Notes under the pieces: model-generated
Database searches by the model: none
Told to the model about the DNA's origin: nothing
What the model saw: the letters and a program-made list of their open reading frames with translations, nothing else
Virus record (IMG/VR): IMGVR_UViG_3300013117_000371
Length of the DNA: 64,000 bases
Origin: a virus
Reading direction: 5' to 3' (one strand)
Shown: positions 42,333 through 51,866 of the stretch, piece after piece
Layout: every line of letters begins with the position of its first letter
Numbering within the stretch: the stretch's first letter is position 1
Made by a program: the position numbers and the translations under genes

Positions 42333-44299
42333 GCTTGGCCGGCCCCCATACTATCCAGCTGGGTCAACTGGTCGGCTACCTTCTGCACGTTCTTGGTCGC
42401 CAAGAACGCGGTATCGGGGTCGACCGGCTCTAGCCCGATCTGCGCCGCCAAGGTGAGCTTGGCTAAGCTGTCAGCCAAAGCATACAAGGCAGGCAGCTGC
42501 TTGACAAACATGTCCAAAGTCTCACTCCCCATCAACTGGAGGGCCATCAGCTCGTCCTGCTGCTGGGGAAGCGCCGCCGCCAACTTGAGGAAACCCAAGT
42601 CCACGTCGTACTCAGTGTTCACCGTAGCCAAAGTCCTGGTCACCAGGAGGTCCTGCGGCCCCCTCCTGGAAGCCGCCACCTTCTGTAAAGCAGTGGGCTC
42701 GCCCACCCCCAGGGCCCCCAGGATGAACACAGCGTCGGGCAGGGATACAGCCTGCTTCTCCAGCGGCTCCCCTTCCCACTCGGCGTGCTCCACAGGCATT
42801 CCGGAAAGCGAGTAACCCAAGTGGTTCCTGGTCACGGTCACCCGCCTGGTGGGGAAGGAGCGGGACGCTACCTTCTCCAGGCTCATGTCGAAGTAGGACG
42901 CATCCTCCGTTACAAAGAATACCTGGGCGTCCTTGGGCAGGTACAATCGCCCGCTAAGCAGCAGCGGCTTCACCACCGTGGAGGAAATAACCACATCGGC
43001 CGCTTGCTCCGGGTGGTCCATGATCGAGTGCGTGGAAAAGTGGCGGCCCAGGTAAACCCGTCCCTTCTTGATCACGCCCAGCGGGCGGTAGATGGTGTTC
43101 TTTCCGGCAACCACCACCATCTTCTTGCCGGGGTGCCGCCACATGTCCTCCACCGAAGTCATCTTGATCGCCGGAGCCCGCCCTTTTACGTACTTGGTGG
43201 TGGGGTGCTCAGTCAACCTGTAAATCACCCCCTTGCTGGAGGTCGCCACGAGCCGTTCGGGGTCGTCGTCGCCCCACCCGATTTGCTTGAGCACCCGCAT
43301 GTTGAACTTGTTGCCGTTCTGGGAAGCTTTGATGCCCATCCCAGGCCTCAACTCACCTCGTTCGTACAGCGTCACAGTCCTTGCGGCCTGCTTCTCCAAC
43401 TCGAACACGCCGGGGTCCCTGACGATGGTGGCGAAGGGCTTACGGGAGAAGGCGTCCATCACCGCAGCCGGCACTTTACCTACCGGCAACTCCCGCACGG
43501 CGGGGCGGAAATCGCCGGCGTACGCTGTTTTCTCCATCACCCCAAACGGCACCCGCTCAAACTGCACTACCTCCTCCGGCACGGCGAGCAAGTCGCTCAC
43601 TTTGCGGCCGAAAGGGGTACCACTGAGGTAATCCAACAAGGACGCTTGCTTGGGGAGCTCCCCCAACACGGCCCGGCGGGAGTTGTTGGCCGAGTTGTCG
43701 ATGTTGCCGCCGTCCGGGCCCTTGGCGATGTTCTCCTGGTCCGGGGCGGTCTGCTGAGTCGGCATCAATTTCTTATTGGAGGAGGCGCCGATCACCGGCG
43801 CCGGCGCCCCAACCAGGTGGGAAAAGCCCATCTCCGTAGTAGGTATGGCGTAGTACTCACCGTCTATGGCGACCGCCACAGGGGGCTCCAGGGTGCCGTC
43901 GTTCACCACGAAGGGCACCGCCACGTTGCGCTGCTGGGGAGTAGCAATCATCACGCTGCCGACAATGATGTTCCCCTCGTCCTTGTCAATGCGGGGCTCC
44001 ATAGGCAACTGCGAGAGGTAGTCGAACTCGTTGACCACGGCCTCCAACGCTGCGGCCATGACAGCGTTGTGGTCCCGCATGTTCAGCGTCATCCGGCGGT
44101 TGGGGAAGGCGCCGACCTTGGGGCCTACCCATGGTTGCTGCCCCTGCTGGTGTTGGGGAACACCCGCCTGGCCCGGGGGTACCAGGCCAGCGTCCATAGG
44201 CGGCGAGGCGGGGGCCGCCAGGTCCGCCGAAGGCTGCGGTTGCTGCACGTCGGCCCTCTTCTCCATCCCCGGGTTCAGTTCCTCGAATACATGCTCCAT
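42329..44299 (-). CDS. Putative prohead core/inner-head protein with eight K-x-A sites
   Basis: MEKRAD, LPKQAS, MEKTAY, LEKQAA, LEKVAS, LEKQAV, LQKVAA, FLKLAA; sits next to the baseplate and RNAP genes. Confidence 0.55.
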   Translation of the reverse strand: MEHVFEELNPGMEKRADVQQPQPSADLAAPASPPMDAGLVPPGQAGVPQHQQGQQPWVGPKVGAFPNRRMTLNMRDHNAVMAAALEAVVNEFDYLSQLPMEPRIDKDEGNIIVGSVMIATPQQRNVAVPFVVNDGTLEPPVAVAIDGEYYAIPTTEMGFSHLVGAPAPVIGASSNKKLMPTQQTAPDQENIAKGPDGGNIDNSANNSRRAVLGELPKQASLLDYLSGTPFGRKVSDLLAVPEEVVQFERVPFGVMEKTAYAGDFRPAVRELPVGKVPAAVMDAFSRKPFATIVRDPGVFELEKQAARTVTLYERGELRPGMGIKASQNGNKFNMRVLKQIGWGDDDPERLVATSSKGVIYRLTEHPTTKYVKGRAPAIKMTSVEDMWRHPGKKMVVVAGKNTIYRPLGVIKKGRVYLGRHFSTHSIMDHPEQAADVVISSTVVKPLLLSGRLYLPKDAQVFFVTEDASYFDMSLEKVASRSFPTRRVTVTRNHLGYSLSGMPVEHAEWEGEPLEKQAVSLPDAVFILGALGVGEPTALQKVAASRRGPQDLLVTRTLATVNTEYDVDLGFLKLAAALPQQQDELMALQLMGSETLDMFVKQLPALYALADSLAKLTLAAQIGLEPVDPDTAFLATKNVQKVADQLTQLDSMGAGQA

Positions 44300-44308
44300 C
44301 TGTCTACC

Positions 44309-44617
44309 TCATTTGATCCGGCCGGTTCCCTGTACTTCCCCCGTGAGAGGAGGCACGATCGCCTTCAACCCGGGAGAAGGAAACCAGACGAGGGCCAACG
44401 CTAACTGCTCCAGGACTACTTTTGCCACCCCTTCGGCAATTGCATCAACCAGGTCCATATTCATTTCCGAAGCTACCGGCGCGCCCGGCTTGACGTCCAG
44501 GGATTGCCCCTGCGCTGTGATATCGACAGTGGGTACGGTGGGGACACTGGCTTGATACGCAGCAACGATGGCGGCGGAAATCTTGCCCTTGAAAACAGCC
44601 GGGTCGTCTAACGGCAT
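44309..44617 (-). CDS. Small protein downstream of the spike gene (possible spike tip or accessory)
   Basis: Position directly after the gp5/GpV-like gene; ends TGEVQGTGRIK. Confidence 0.4.
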   Translation of the reverse strand: MPLDDPAVFKGKISAAIVAAYQASVPTVPTVDITAQGQSLDVKPGAPVASEMNMDLVDAIAEGVAKVVLEQLALALVWFPSPGLKAIVPPLTGEVQGTGRIK

Positions 44618-44680
44618 GTGCGAGTCCTCCGGGTGTACCTCGAGGTAATCATAGCAATGACCGGGCTACTTTACAAGAGG

Positions 44681-45655
44681 TTACACCTGCACTTTGAAAT
44701 TCAGCACACCAGGGAAGGTCAACAAACAGGAGGGGTTGATCGTCCCGGCCGGGGTGACCAGAAAGTCGGTTGTCAACCACTGCATGAACTTGACCCCGTC
44801 AATGACGAACCCGTCCTCCTCAGTCAGTATCAGCCGCTGCGTATCGAAACGAATTTCAGGCGCCTCAAAGGTCACCGAGAGCTTGGCGTACCAGTACACG
44901 GTCTTCAAGGTGTTAATATCTACCGCCTCAGTCTCCAGCGTCATGGAGTCCTTAAAGGTGCCGAAAGTGTGTCCTTCTACATCGGTGTAGCTGTCCCCCT
45001 TGACCGAAACCCCCCGCGTCTGGGCCTCCTCCGAGTAACTGCCGTCAGCCGCAATTTCGGCGTGGAAAGCCCCGCACACGACGCTCGAGTACACGGCTCC
45101 CCCCTCCCCTGCCCAGTCCTTGACTCCGAAGTCCTTGCCGGTGCTCCCAAACCGCATGTGGAGGGTAGACTCACCTAAGTCGTGACCAACCACGAAGTCC
45201 AACACCGCATCCTTCCAGGACATCTTCCCCTGCGGCGTAACCAGCTCGTAATTGCTGGTGAGGATCTGCACTAAGTCCTGACTGGGCACTAAGTAAATGG
45301 ACGCGGTGGCTTTGCTATACAACTCGATACGCCCGTTCTTGCGGAGCACTATGCGACTGCCCAGGGGGAGCACCCACCCATGGTCGCCGGGATCAAGGTC
45401 AGTGTTCATCGTGCCTTCATGGTCCCGCGGCTGCAGCAGGAACCATTGCTCAGCTGACTCGGAAGTCCTCAACGCCAACCAAGGCTCGCCCTCTTCCGGC
45501 ATGGCTCCGGAGGCCTTCCCCCCCTTGAACGCATTGAGGCGCACATCCGGGATGATAACCGGGTCCTTGGCCGTGCCGTAGTCCAAACGGACAGTGGCCA
45601 GCTTATTCTCCGGGTCCACCGAAACAATAGTGACTTCTCTTATTTCTGCAGCCAT
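44681..45655 (-). CDS. Baseplate spike/hub protein (gp5/GpV-like)
   Basis: N-terminal OB-fold-like EVTIVSVDPENKLATVRL..AMPEEGEPWLAL; later beta-repeat VSVKGDSYTDVEGHTFGTFKDSMTLE. Confidence 0.6.
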   Translation of the reverse strand: MAAEIREVTIVSVDPENKLATVRLDYGTAKDPVIIPDVRLNAFKGGKASGAMPEEGEPWLALRTSESAEQWFLLQPRDHEGTMNTDLDPGDHGWVLPLGSRIVLRKNGRIELYSKATASIYLVPSQDLVQILTSNYELVTPQGKMSWKDAVLDFVVGHDLGESTLHMRFGSTGKDFGVKDWAGEGGAVYSSVVCGAFHAEIAADGSYSEEAQTRGVSVKGDSYTDVEGHTFGTFKDSMTLETEAVDINTLKTVYWYAKLSVTFEAPEIRFDTQRLILTEEDGFVIDGVKFMQWLTTDFLVTPAGTINPSCLLTFPGVLNFKVQV

Positions 45656-45663
45656 TGGAAACC

Positions 45664-48600
45664 TCAGTACCCGGGCCTACCTTCTCGCTTGGGCTTGCCG
45701 AACTCCGCCCCGCTCAACCAGGCAGGGACAGGGTGCAGCCCATGAACTTCAGCCCTCTCCCCGGTCGCCCCGGCCCTGATGAGGGTCTGTTTGACGCCCC
45801 GATAACCGAGGGACTCCAACCAGGTATCTCGATGCTGCGGCAACGCCGTCACCCCCTTCAACACAGGAGTTACCCTCAACGAGTTGTCGTGGGAGCGATT
45901 CCAAGCCCGGGCTTGGTAGTAGGGGATATACTCCCCCTTGATCTTATTGGAAGAGCCGGGGTCGTCCACCACCGCTAAGTTGGTAACGGCCCTGACCAAC
46001 ACTTCCACGTTCCGGGGGTCGATGCCATACTTGCCGTAGACAGCCATCAAGCTGTCCGCCATCGACCGCTGAGCGGCTGGTAAGCTCTTGGTCACGGCAA
46101 GCACCTCCCTCGGGTCCACCAAACCGGTAGTGAGGGCCTCCCCCAACTTCACGGACTGACCCCGTTTGACCACAACCGCGCGGCCCACCGGAGCGAAGTA
46201 CTTCCCCTTCCCTTTACTCCCCGTTACATGCACGTATGTGCCGTCGGGGACCTTCTCAACCGAGGCCACCTTCCCCGCCAAATGGGAAAGAGTGGCCTTA
46301 CCAGGCAAGTTCTGGGGCAAACGGAGAAGGTTGGTAACCTGGTCCAGGGGGGGGAGCTCCCCGAAGCCGCCGAGGTGAAAGCTGCGAAGCGTCAATTGGG
46401 TTCCCCGCTCCCCCAGGGCCTGGGCGGCCTTGATACCGACGTTGTCCCCCAACTGGGCCGGCCCATGCTCAGTCTGCCCGAAACACCTGGCGCAGATCCC
46501 TTCCCCGTTGCGGCAGCTCAGGGGGGAACGTACCCTTACCTGCTTTACTCCCTTGCGCCGGAAAATATCTACCTCGGCTGGAGTGATGATAGTGCCTGCT
46601 CTGACCCCCGCGGTGCTTTCCCCCAGCACTCTGTCCACGGCATCGGACACCGGGCGTACGCTGCCGGTGCTCCCACAATCACGGGTGGCGATGACCGAGC
46701 TCATGGTGGCGGCCAACATCTGCTTGGTGATGTCTCCAGGGATGCGTACGGACCGCACGGACTGCACCACTGCTTTGCGGGCCGTCGGCGCCGTGGACCA
46801 GTAGTCCATACTGTTCATTCCCTCGGCGTACCCCCTCCTCACCGGCACGAGGTTGCCCTCCCCCCAGTCTCCAAACAGGGGAGAAAGCAGCATTTGCTGC
46901 AAATTTGCCTTGGCCGGTTTCAACCCCGCCCGATTCATCCGGGTAAACGTGCTCCCGGGGGGGTATTGCTGTCTCTCCAGGGCTCTTCCCACGTCCCGCA
47001 CAGCTTTTTCCTTGTTTTTCGCCCCCTCCAACTGCCTCAAGTACCTCCGGCGCTCAGCCCTCAATGGCGTCAAATCCCCCAAGGACACCGACAGGCCTGA
47101 ACGGTAGGAGTATTCGAAGCCCAAATTCTTCAAGCCGTCCATGACCGCCCCGTAACGGGCGGGCGAGACCACCCCCAAGGTCTCTGCGAGGGCTTGGAGG
47201 CGCTTTTTGTCCAACTGGGGAGCGCCAACAGCCAAAAAACTCGCCATTTCGGGAGGTAAGAGGCCTTGAATCATGCTCCGGCCGAGGGTGGTCTCCTTCC
47301 CTGCCACCCGAATGCGGTCCGTGACCCCGATCTCCCCTCTTTTTTGGGCAGCAATGGCCTTTTTGAGGTCCCCGAAGCCCTTTTTTGCCTTTTTTCCCCT
47401 CACCGCAGTCATGTCGAAAAGCCCCATCAGCGCTTCATGGGTCGGAGTGTACAGGTAATCGCCGCTGGAGGGACTCCTGAGCAGCCTCGAGGGCATGCTG
47501 CGCTTGGCTTCGATGACCGCTTCGTCGGAAACGGGGACGAAGAGAGAGCAGGTGTCCCCGTCGAAGTCCGCGTTGTACACGCTGGTCACCAGGGGGTGTA
47601 ATTCAATGACGTTTTCGTTGGTCGGGCGGGGAAAGAAGGCCATAACGCCGAACTTGTGAAGCACCGGGTCCCGCTTCAGCCACACCGGGCGGTCAGCAAT
47701 AGCCCGTTTCAGGGCGGCTTCAACCAGGGGGTCCTCAGGACGGTCCTCGGTGAGCTTCTTAGCTACCAAAGGGGTTAATCCCAAAGTAGCAAGCTCTCGG
47801 ACAATGAAGGGCTGGTACATCTCCCGCAGCATCTCCCGCGGAACTCCTACCTCATCCAGGTGCAAACCGGGCCCGGGGACAATCACGGCTCTCCCGGACA
47901 AGTCCTGCCGACGCCGCATGATGTTGCGGTGGACCATGCCCAACTTCACCGAGCCGGTCCCGTGCAGCTGCTGAAAGATGCCCTTGGCTTCCCTGTAGTG
48001 TTCCGTCTTGCCTAAACCGAACAGGGCGGCTACGTCGGCGTAAAGCTTACCCCGGGCGTTTCTCCCCTCCTCGAAAGCCATGAGCTCAGGGGTTTCCTTT
48101 TTCAACCCCTTAAGTGAGTTGCCAGTGGCAATAAGGTCGCCGTACAGGAGGTTCAGGTCCGAAATAATCAGCCGCCCCTTCATAGAGGTAACCGGCCGAA
48201 AGACCGGGGGTATCACAGGGACGTTGCGGAGCATGTATACGTCCGCTCCCTCGCCCAGCTCATCCAGAGCCCGGAGGAACCTCTGACGTAGGGGGTCGCC
48301 TCCCTTGCTCAGCTCCTTTCGGACGTCCAATTCCCTAAGGGCCTTACCTAACGTGGTGTTGCCCGGCCCATCTACCGCCGTGTACTTCCCGTCCTCGTAC
48401 TGAAGGCCCTTTTGCCCGCTGCCCACAGCGATAACGTGCGCACGGGTCAAGCCCAAGATCTTGGAGATGGGGGAAATGAACACTGGGTTGGGGACTTCGT
48501 AAGGGAGACGAATATGGCCCCAGCCCGAGCCGTCCAAACCACCCGTAATCTTCGAGTCGAAGAGCTCCCCCGCCTTTGCCTTGCCGGTCTTGCCGGAGAA

Positions 48601-51600
48601 CATGGTGGGCTTGGTCAATTCACCGTTGGAACGAGCCAGGATCTCCTTATTGGTCATGGGTAAGAGCCACATCTCGTCCCCTTCCCTCTCCAGCTTCAAC
48701 CCGGCCGCATTCAGGTAGGCTTCGAACTTGTGGTACACCTTGGGGACCCGAGGAGGGGGTAGGGTTTGCCCCAGTTGAATGGCGGTCCACACTGCATCGT
48801 TGTCCTTGTCACCACGATAGCTGAGCACCTCACGCATGTTCTCGCCAGCACCGTGTGCAAGTAGGGCCATGGCCATCCCCCGGTCGGCAGACTGGGCTTT
48901 CCCTACTTCGCCTTCTCCGGCCTCCCCACCTTTTACCGGGGTACCTTCAGCGGAGTACGCGTAGGGGTAGCCGGCACCTCGAGCATTCATCTTGTGCTCG
49001 GCCTGGTGGATGAGCTTCAGCAAGTACTGGTACCCCACCAGGACGTCCCCCACCTTCTTGCCGTCAACGAAGACCTCCTCTGTGTCGGACATCCCGTTCT
49101 TCTTCAGGAGCTCCGCCACTTCCTCAACGAAGTCCCGCTCGTAGCTGTAAGCTTCGATGTGCTTCTTGATCGGCCTGCGCTCCTCCCCCCTCCCAACCCA
49201 GTAGGTGCGCTCATGCGCCGGGACATCAACAATACGGACACCTCCGGAGAAGCTGCTGACCGCAATGGGGTGCCCTTTCTTCTTGGCAACTTTGCCTACC
49301 AGAGTCTCGTACATCTGGGAGGGATTTGTACGCCCCCCGATTCCGACAGGATTAAGCAAGACATCAAGCGGTCTCCCGTCCCTGGTGGTGGGCATCTCCG
49401 AATCCGGTTTGATCTTTCCGCATACGCCCTTGTTGCCATGCCGGCCACTGAGCTTGTCGCCCAGCTTGGCCACCTCTTCCACCGCCACAGCGATGTAGTA
49501 CCCATCCGGCGTCTTCTCCACCTCTTGCACGATTCCGGGGGTCTGCCGATCCCACACCACCGAGGCGTCTCTGAGCGTCTCCATCCCCAACTTCTTGCCC
49601 AGTAGGCGCTCCTCTTTGGACATGGCCTGCTTCTTCACCCCGGCCACCAGGATTTGCCCCTCTCGGACCAAAGTACCTGGCTTTACCACCCCATCCTCCA
49701 ACGTCGCCCGCTCCTCCACCGACAGCGGCCGTACAGTGCGGGAGAACAACGCGGCGTCCACCTCAGCGTCTTCGCTATAGTGCTTCTGCACAATAGCTGT
49801 AGAAGTGAGCTTGGCGGCAAAGGACTCGCTGATGGTGATGGCGTCCTCGAAGTTGAACCCGTCGGCCATGTAGCCTACCCGGGCGTTCACCCCCATGGCG
49901 ATGAGCCCGTCCCGAGTAGTGTTGGCCTCTGTGAGGCGGTCGCCCTTCTTGACCTTGTCCCCCTTCTTCACTACGGGCTCGTGGTGCTCCACCGATCGGC
50001 CGTCGTTCAAGGGGAACATATGGGGGATGAAGACCTTGTGCTTCCGCCCGTCCTCCCCGTTCACCAGAATGCGGTCTTTGTTCACGGAAACCACGGTTCC
50101 GTTCACGGGAGAGCGCATCACCACCATGTCTCCAATTACTCGCTCCACTATTCGACCGTTGTCCGTGGCCGTCAGTACTAGCGGAACCTCCCGGTCCCGC
50201 AAGGCAATAGCGGAAGTCAAATGACGGTACACCATCTCCAAGCGGTTGGGGGAGGTGGCAGTGGCAAACGGGGTGGACAGGGTCACCTCTGAGAAAGTAG
50301 TAGCCGGGTCGATAACGTACTTCACGCTCCCGGCCGGCACTTCGACTACCTTGCCGCCCTTGATGGCCCGTACGTTCCGCCCAGCCTTCTTTGCCTGAGC
50401 ATACTCATCAGTGAGCGCGTACGGGGTATTGAGCAGCTCCCGCACCGTGAACGTGTGGGGCTGGCCCGTCTTCACTTCGCGTACCCTGAGAGCAGGCTCC
50501 CGGTTCTTCACCGTACCACCGATAGAAAGGGGGTACACCGCCCCCGCTTTCTCACTCTCCGGCGTCACCACCGGGTCGATGACGCCCACAAACGTGGGGT
50601 AGACGGAGCGGGCCGCCTCAGTGATGGCGTCGGGGTTGGAGATGCCCCCCTCCCCCATGATGCTGACCCGGCCCACTGCGCCCAATTCCGCATAGGGGTT
50701 GGTCTGCGGCGCCCGGTCGGCCAGGCCGGCGGAGGTGAAAATGCTCCACACCGACTTGTCGTACGGGGAGGACCCACCCATGATAGCCGTCACATCGTCA
50801 CTTTTGGCCATTCGGTACTTGAGCTTCCCGGTCACTCCCGCTCGGCTGATCCGCTCATGCACGAACGCAGGCATGTTCATGAACCAACGGTACTCCAACG
50901 AGTCTCTCCGGTCCGGTGTGTCCTTCCCCCGCACCACGTTCAGCAACTTCCGAGAAGAGAGGAGCATCACCTGGGAGGAGACCTTGGTAGTCTTCAACCC
51001 AATAGTCTTCTCCGGCACTTCAGGAGTGCTCATCTCCATGGCGGAGAACATCTCCCGGACCAACAGGGGGGCCCCGCTCTCGTTGGAGTCCACCCCCGCC
51101 GCTGCCAGCAACCGGACCAACTTGGGCTTAGTCGCTGCATTCTTTTGGAGCACTTCTGCACCCCAGGCGGACCGCATGTCACCGTCATCCACCCCCAAGG
51201 CCTTCATGACATGGTAAAGAGGGACATTGGTGTCCCCGTACTTCAAGGTGTAGAGCTGCCGCTCCGGGCTGTACAGGACCTCAAAGTTCCTCCCCCGGGA
51301 GAGGTTGAAAGAGGCAACGGTATCCCCTGTCTGCTTGCGGTGAATAAACACCCCCGGCTTCAGCCGGTTCTGAGTAATGGGGTAGTACTCACTGTTATTG
51401 ACGATGTAGCTCCACCTGGAAGTAGGCACGGGCACATTCACCAAGCGCAGCCGTTGCTTGTCTACAAGCCTCCCCTCTTCATACAGCGCCACGGTCCCCC
51501 GAATACCTACGCCCCACTTCTTCCCCTGCACCCGAGCAGCTTTCTGGGCGCTGACATCAGTGGGGTCCTTGGGGGTTTCCACCTCTACTTCGGACAGCCG

Positions 51601-51702
51601 CAACTCCCTCTTCCCGTACTTGACCGGGAACTGCCCCTCAAGGGCGCGCATGGCAGCGTTCAAGTTCTCCGAGTAGTCCCGGGGGAGCGTCCTGTCCGGC
51701 AT
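45664..51702 (-). CDS. rpoBC: Single-chain fused beta/beta-prime DNA-directed RNA polymerase
   Basis: Beta motifs: GFNFEDAI, GDKLSGRHGNKGV, LKLIHQAEHKMNAR. Beta-prime motifs: RRQDLSGRAVI, LKRDPVLH, NADFDGD (47574-47554), RSPLSC..GICARCFG, GERGTQLTLRSFH. No stop at the junction (~48690). Confidence 0.95.
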   Translation of the reverse strand: MPDRTLPRDYSENLNAAMRALEGQFPVKYGKRELRLSEVEVETPKDPTDVSAQKAARVQGKKWGVGIRGTVALYEEGRLVDKQRLRLVNVPVPTSRWSYIVNNSEYYPITQNRLKPGVFIHRKQTGDTVASFNLSRGRNFEVLYSPERQLYTLKYGDTNVPLYHVMKALGVDDGDMRSAWGAEVLQKNAATKPKLVRLLAAAGVDSNESGAPLLVREMFSAMEMSTPEVPEKTIGLKTTKVSSQVMLLSSRKLLNVVRGKDTPDRRDSLEYRWFMNMPAFVHERISRAGVTGKLKYRMAKSDDVTAIMGGSSPYDKSVWSIFTSAGLADRAPQTNPYAELGAVGRVSIMGEGGISNPDAITEAARSVYPTFVGVIDPVVTPESEKAGAVYPLSIGGTVKNREPALRVREVKTGQPHTFTVRELLNTPYALTDEYAQAKKAGRNVRAIKGGKVVEVPAGSVKYVIDPATTFSEVTLSTPFATATSPNRLEMVYRHLTSAIALRDREVPLVLTATDNGRIVERVIGDMVVMRSPVNGTVVSVNKDRILVNGEDGRKHKVFIPHMFPLNDGRSVEHHEPVVKKGDKVKKGDRLTEANTTRDGLIAMGVNARVGYMADGFNFEDAITISESFAAKLTSTAIVQKHYSEDAEVDAALFSRTVRPLSVEERATLEDGVVKPGTLVREGQILVAGVKKQAMSKEERLLGKKLGMETLRDASVVWDRQTPGIVQEVEKTPDGYYIAVAVEEVAKLGDKLSGRHGNKGVCGKIKPDSEMPTTRDGRPLDVLLNPVGIGGRTNPSQMYETLVGKVAKKKGHPIAVSSFSGGVRIVDVPAHERTYWVGRGEERRPIKKHIEAYSYERDFVEEVAELLKKNGMSDTEEVFVDGKKVGDVLVGYQYLLKLIHQAEHKMNARGAGYPYAYSAEGTPVKGGEAGEGEVGKAQSADRGMAMALLAHGAGENMREVLSYRGDKDNDAVWTAIQLGQTLPPPRVPKVYHKFEAYLNAAGLKLEREGDEMWLLPMTNKEILARSNGELTKPTMFSGKTGKAKAGELFDSKITGGLDGSGWGHIRLPYEVPNPVFISPISKILGLTRAHVIAVGSGQKGLQYEDGKYTAVDGPGNTTLGKALRELDVRKELSKGGDPLRQRFLRALDELGEGADVYMLRNVPVIPPVFRPVTSMKGRLIISDLNLLYGDLIATGNSLKGLKKETPELMAFEEGRNARGKLYADVAALFGLGKTEHYREAKGIFQQLHGTGSVKLGMVHRNIMRRRQDLSGRAVIVPGPGLHLDEVGVPREMLREMYQPFIVRELATLGLTPLVAKKLTEDRPEDPLVEAALKRAIADRPVWLKRDPVLHKFGVMAFFPRPTNENVIELHPLVTSVYNADFDGDTCSLFVPVSDEAVIEAKRSMPSRLLRSPSSGDYLYTPTHEALMGLFDMTAVRGKKAKKGFGDLKKAIAAQKRGEIGVTDRIRVAGKETTLGRSMIQGLLPPEMASFLAVGAPQLDKKRLQALAETLGVVSPARYGAVMDGLKNLGFEYSYRSGLSVSLGDLTPLRAERRRYLRQLEGAKNKEKAVRDVGRALERQQYPPGSTFTRMNRAGLKPAKANLQQMLLSPLFGDWGEGNLVPVRRGYAEGMNSMDYWSTAPTARKAVVQSVRSVRIPGDITKQMLAATMSSVIATRDCGSTGSVRPVSDAVDRVLGESTAGVRAGTIITPAEVDIFRRKGVKQVRVRSPLSCRNGEGICARCFGQTEHGPAQLGDNVGIKAAQALGERGTQLTLRSFHLGGFGELPPLDQVTNLLRLPQNLPGKATLSHLAGKVASVEKVPDGTYVHVTGSKGKGKYFAPVGRAVVVKRGQSVKLGEALTTGLVDPREVLAVTKSLPAAQRSMADSLMAVYGKYGIDPRNVEVLVRAVTNLAVVDDPGSSNKIKGEYIPYYQARAWNRSHDNSLRVTPVLKGVTALPQHRDTWLESLGYRGVKQTLIRAGATGERAEVHGLHPVPAWLSGAEFGKPKREGRPGY

Positions 51703-51780
51703 CGGTTCCCTCCACTAGTCCGTAGTCTAACCTACCCGGCGCTAAAAAGAAAGAAGCGTAGCAAAGGGCAGCCAAATCCC

Positions 51781-51788
51781 GCTATAAG
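51781..51788 (+). promoter_or_regulatory. GCTATAAG promoter-like motif
   Basis: Divergent from the RNAP gene, upstream of the 51867 gene. Confidence 0.5.
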
Positions 51789-51866
51789 AACAATGTACAG
51801 TGCCGAGAAAAACACCAGGCACTGTGGAATTGGGGAGAAAACCGCATAAGACAGGAGGTAGACAAT

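Noticed and set aside
45664-51702. RNAP as a host rpoBC locus
   Set aside because: No rplL, rpsL or other ribosomal-protein neighbours; heavy divergence and domain loss; flanked by spike-like and portal-like genes.
45664-51702. Intein or intron in the RNAP or SNF2 genes
   Set aside because: Conserved motifs are collinear without large insertions; no splice-junction His-Asn/Cys pattern or LAGLIDADG motif seen.
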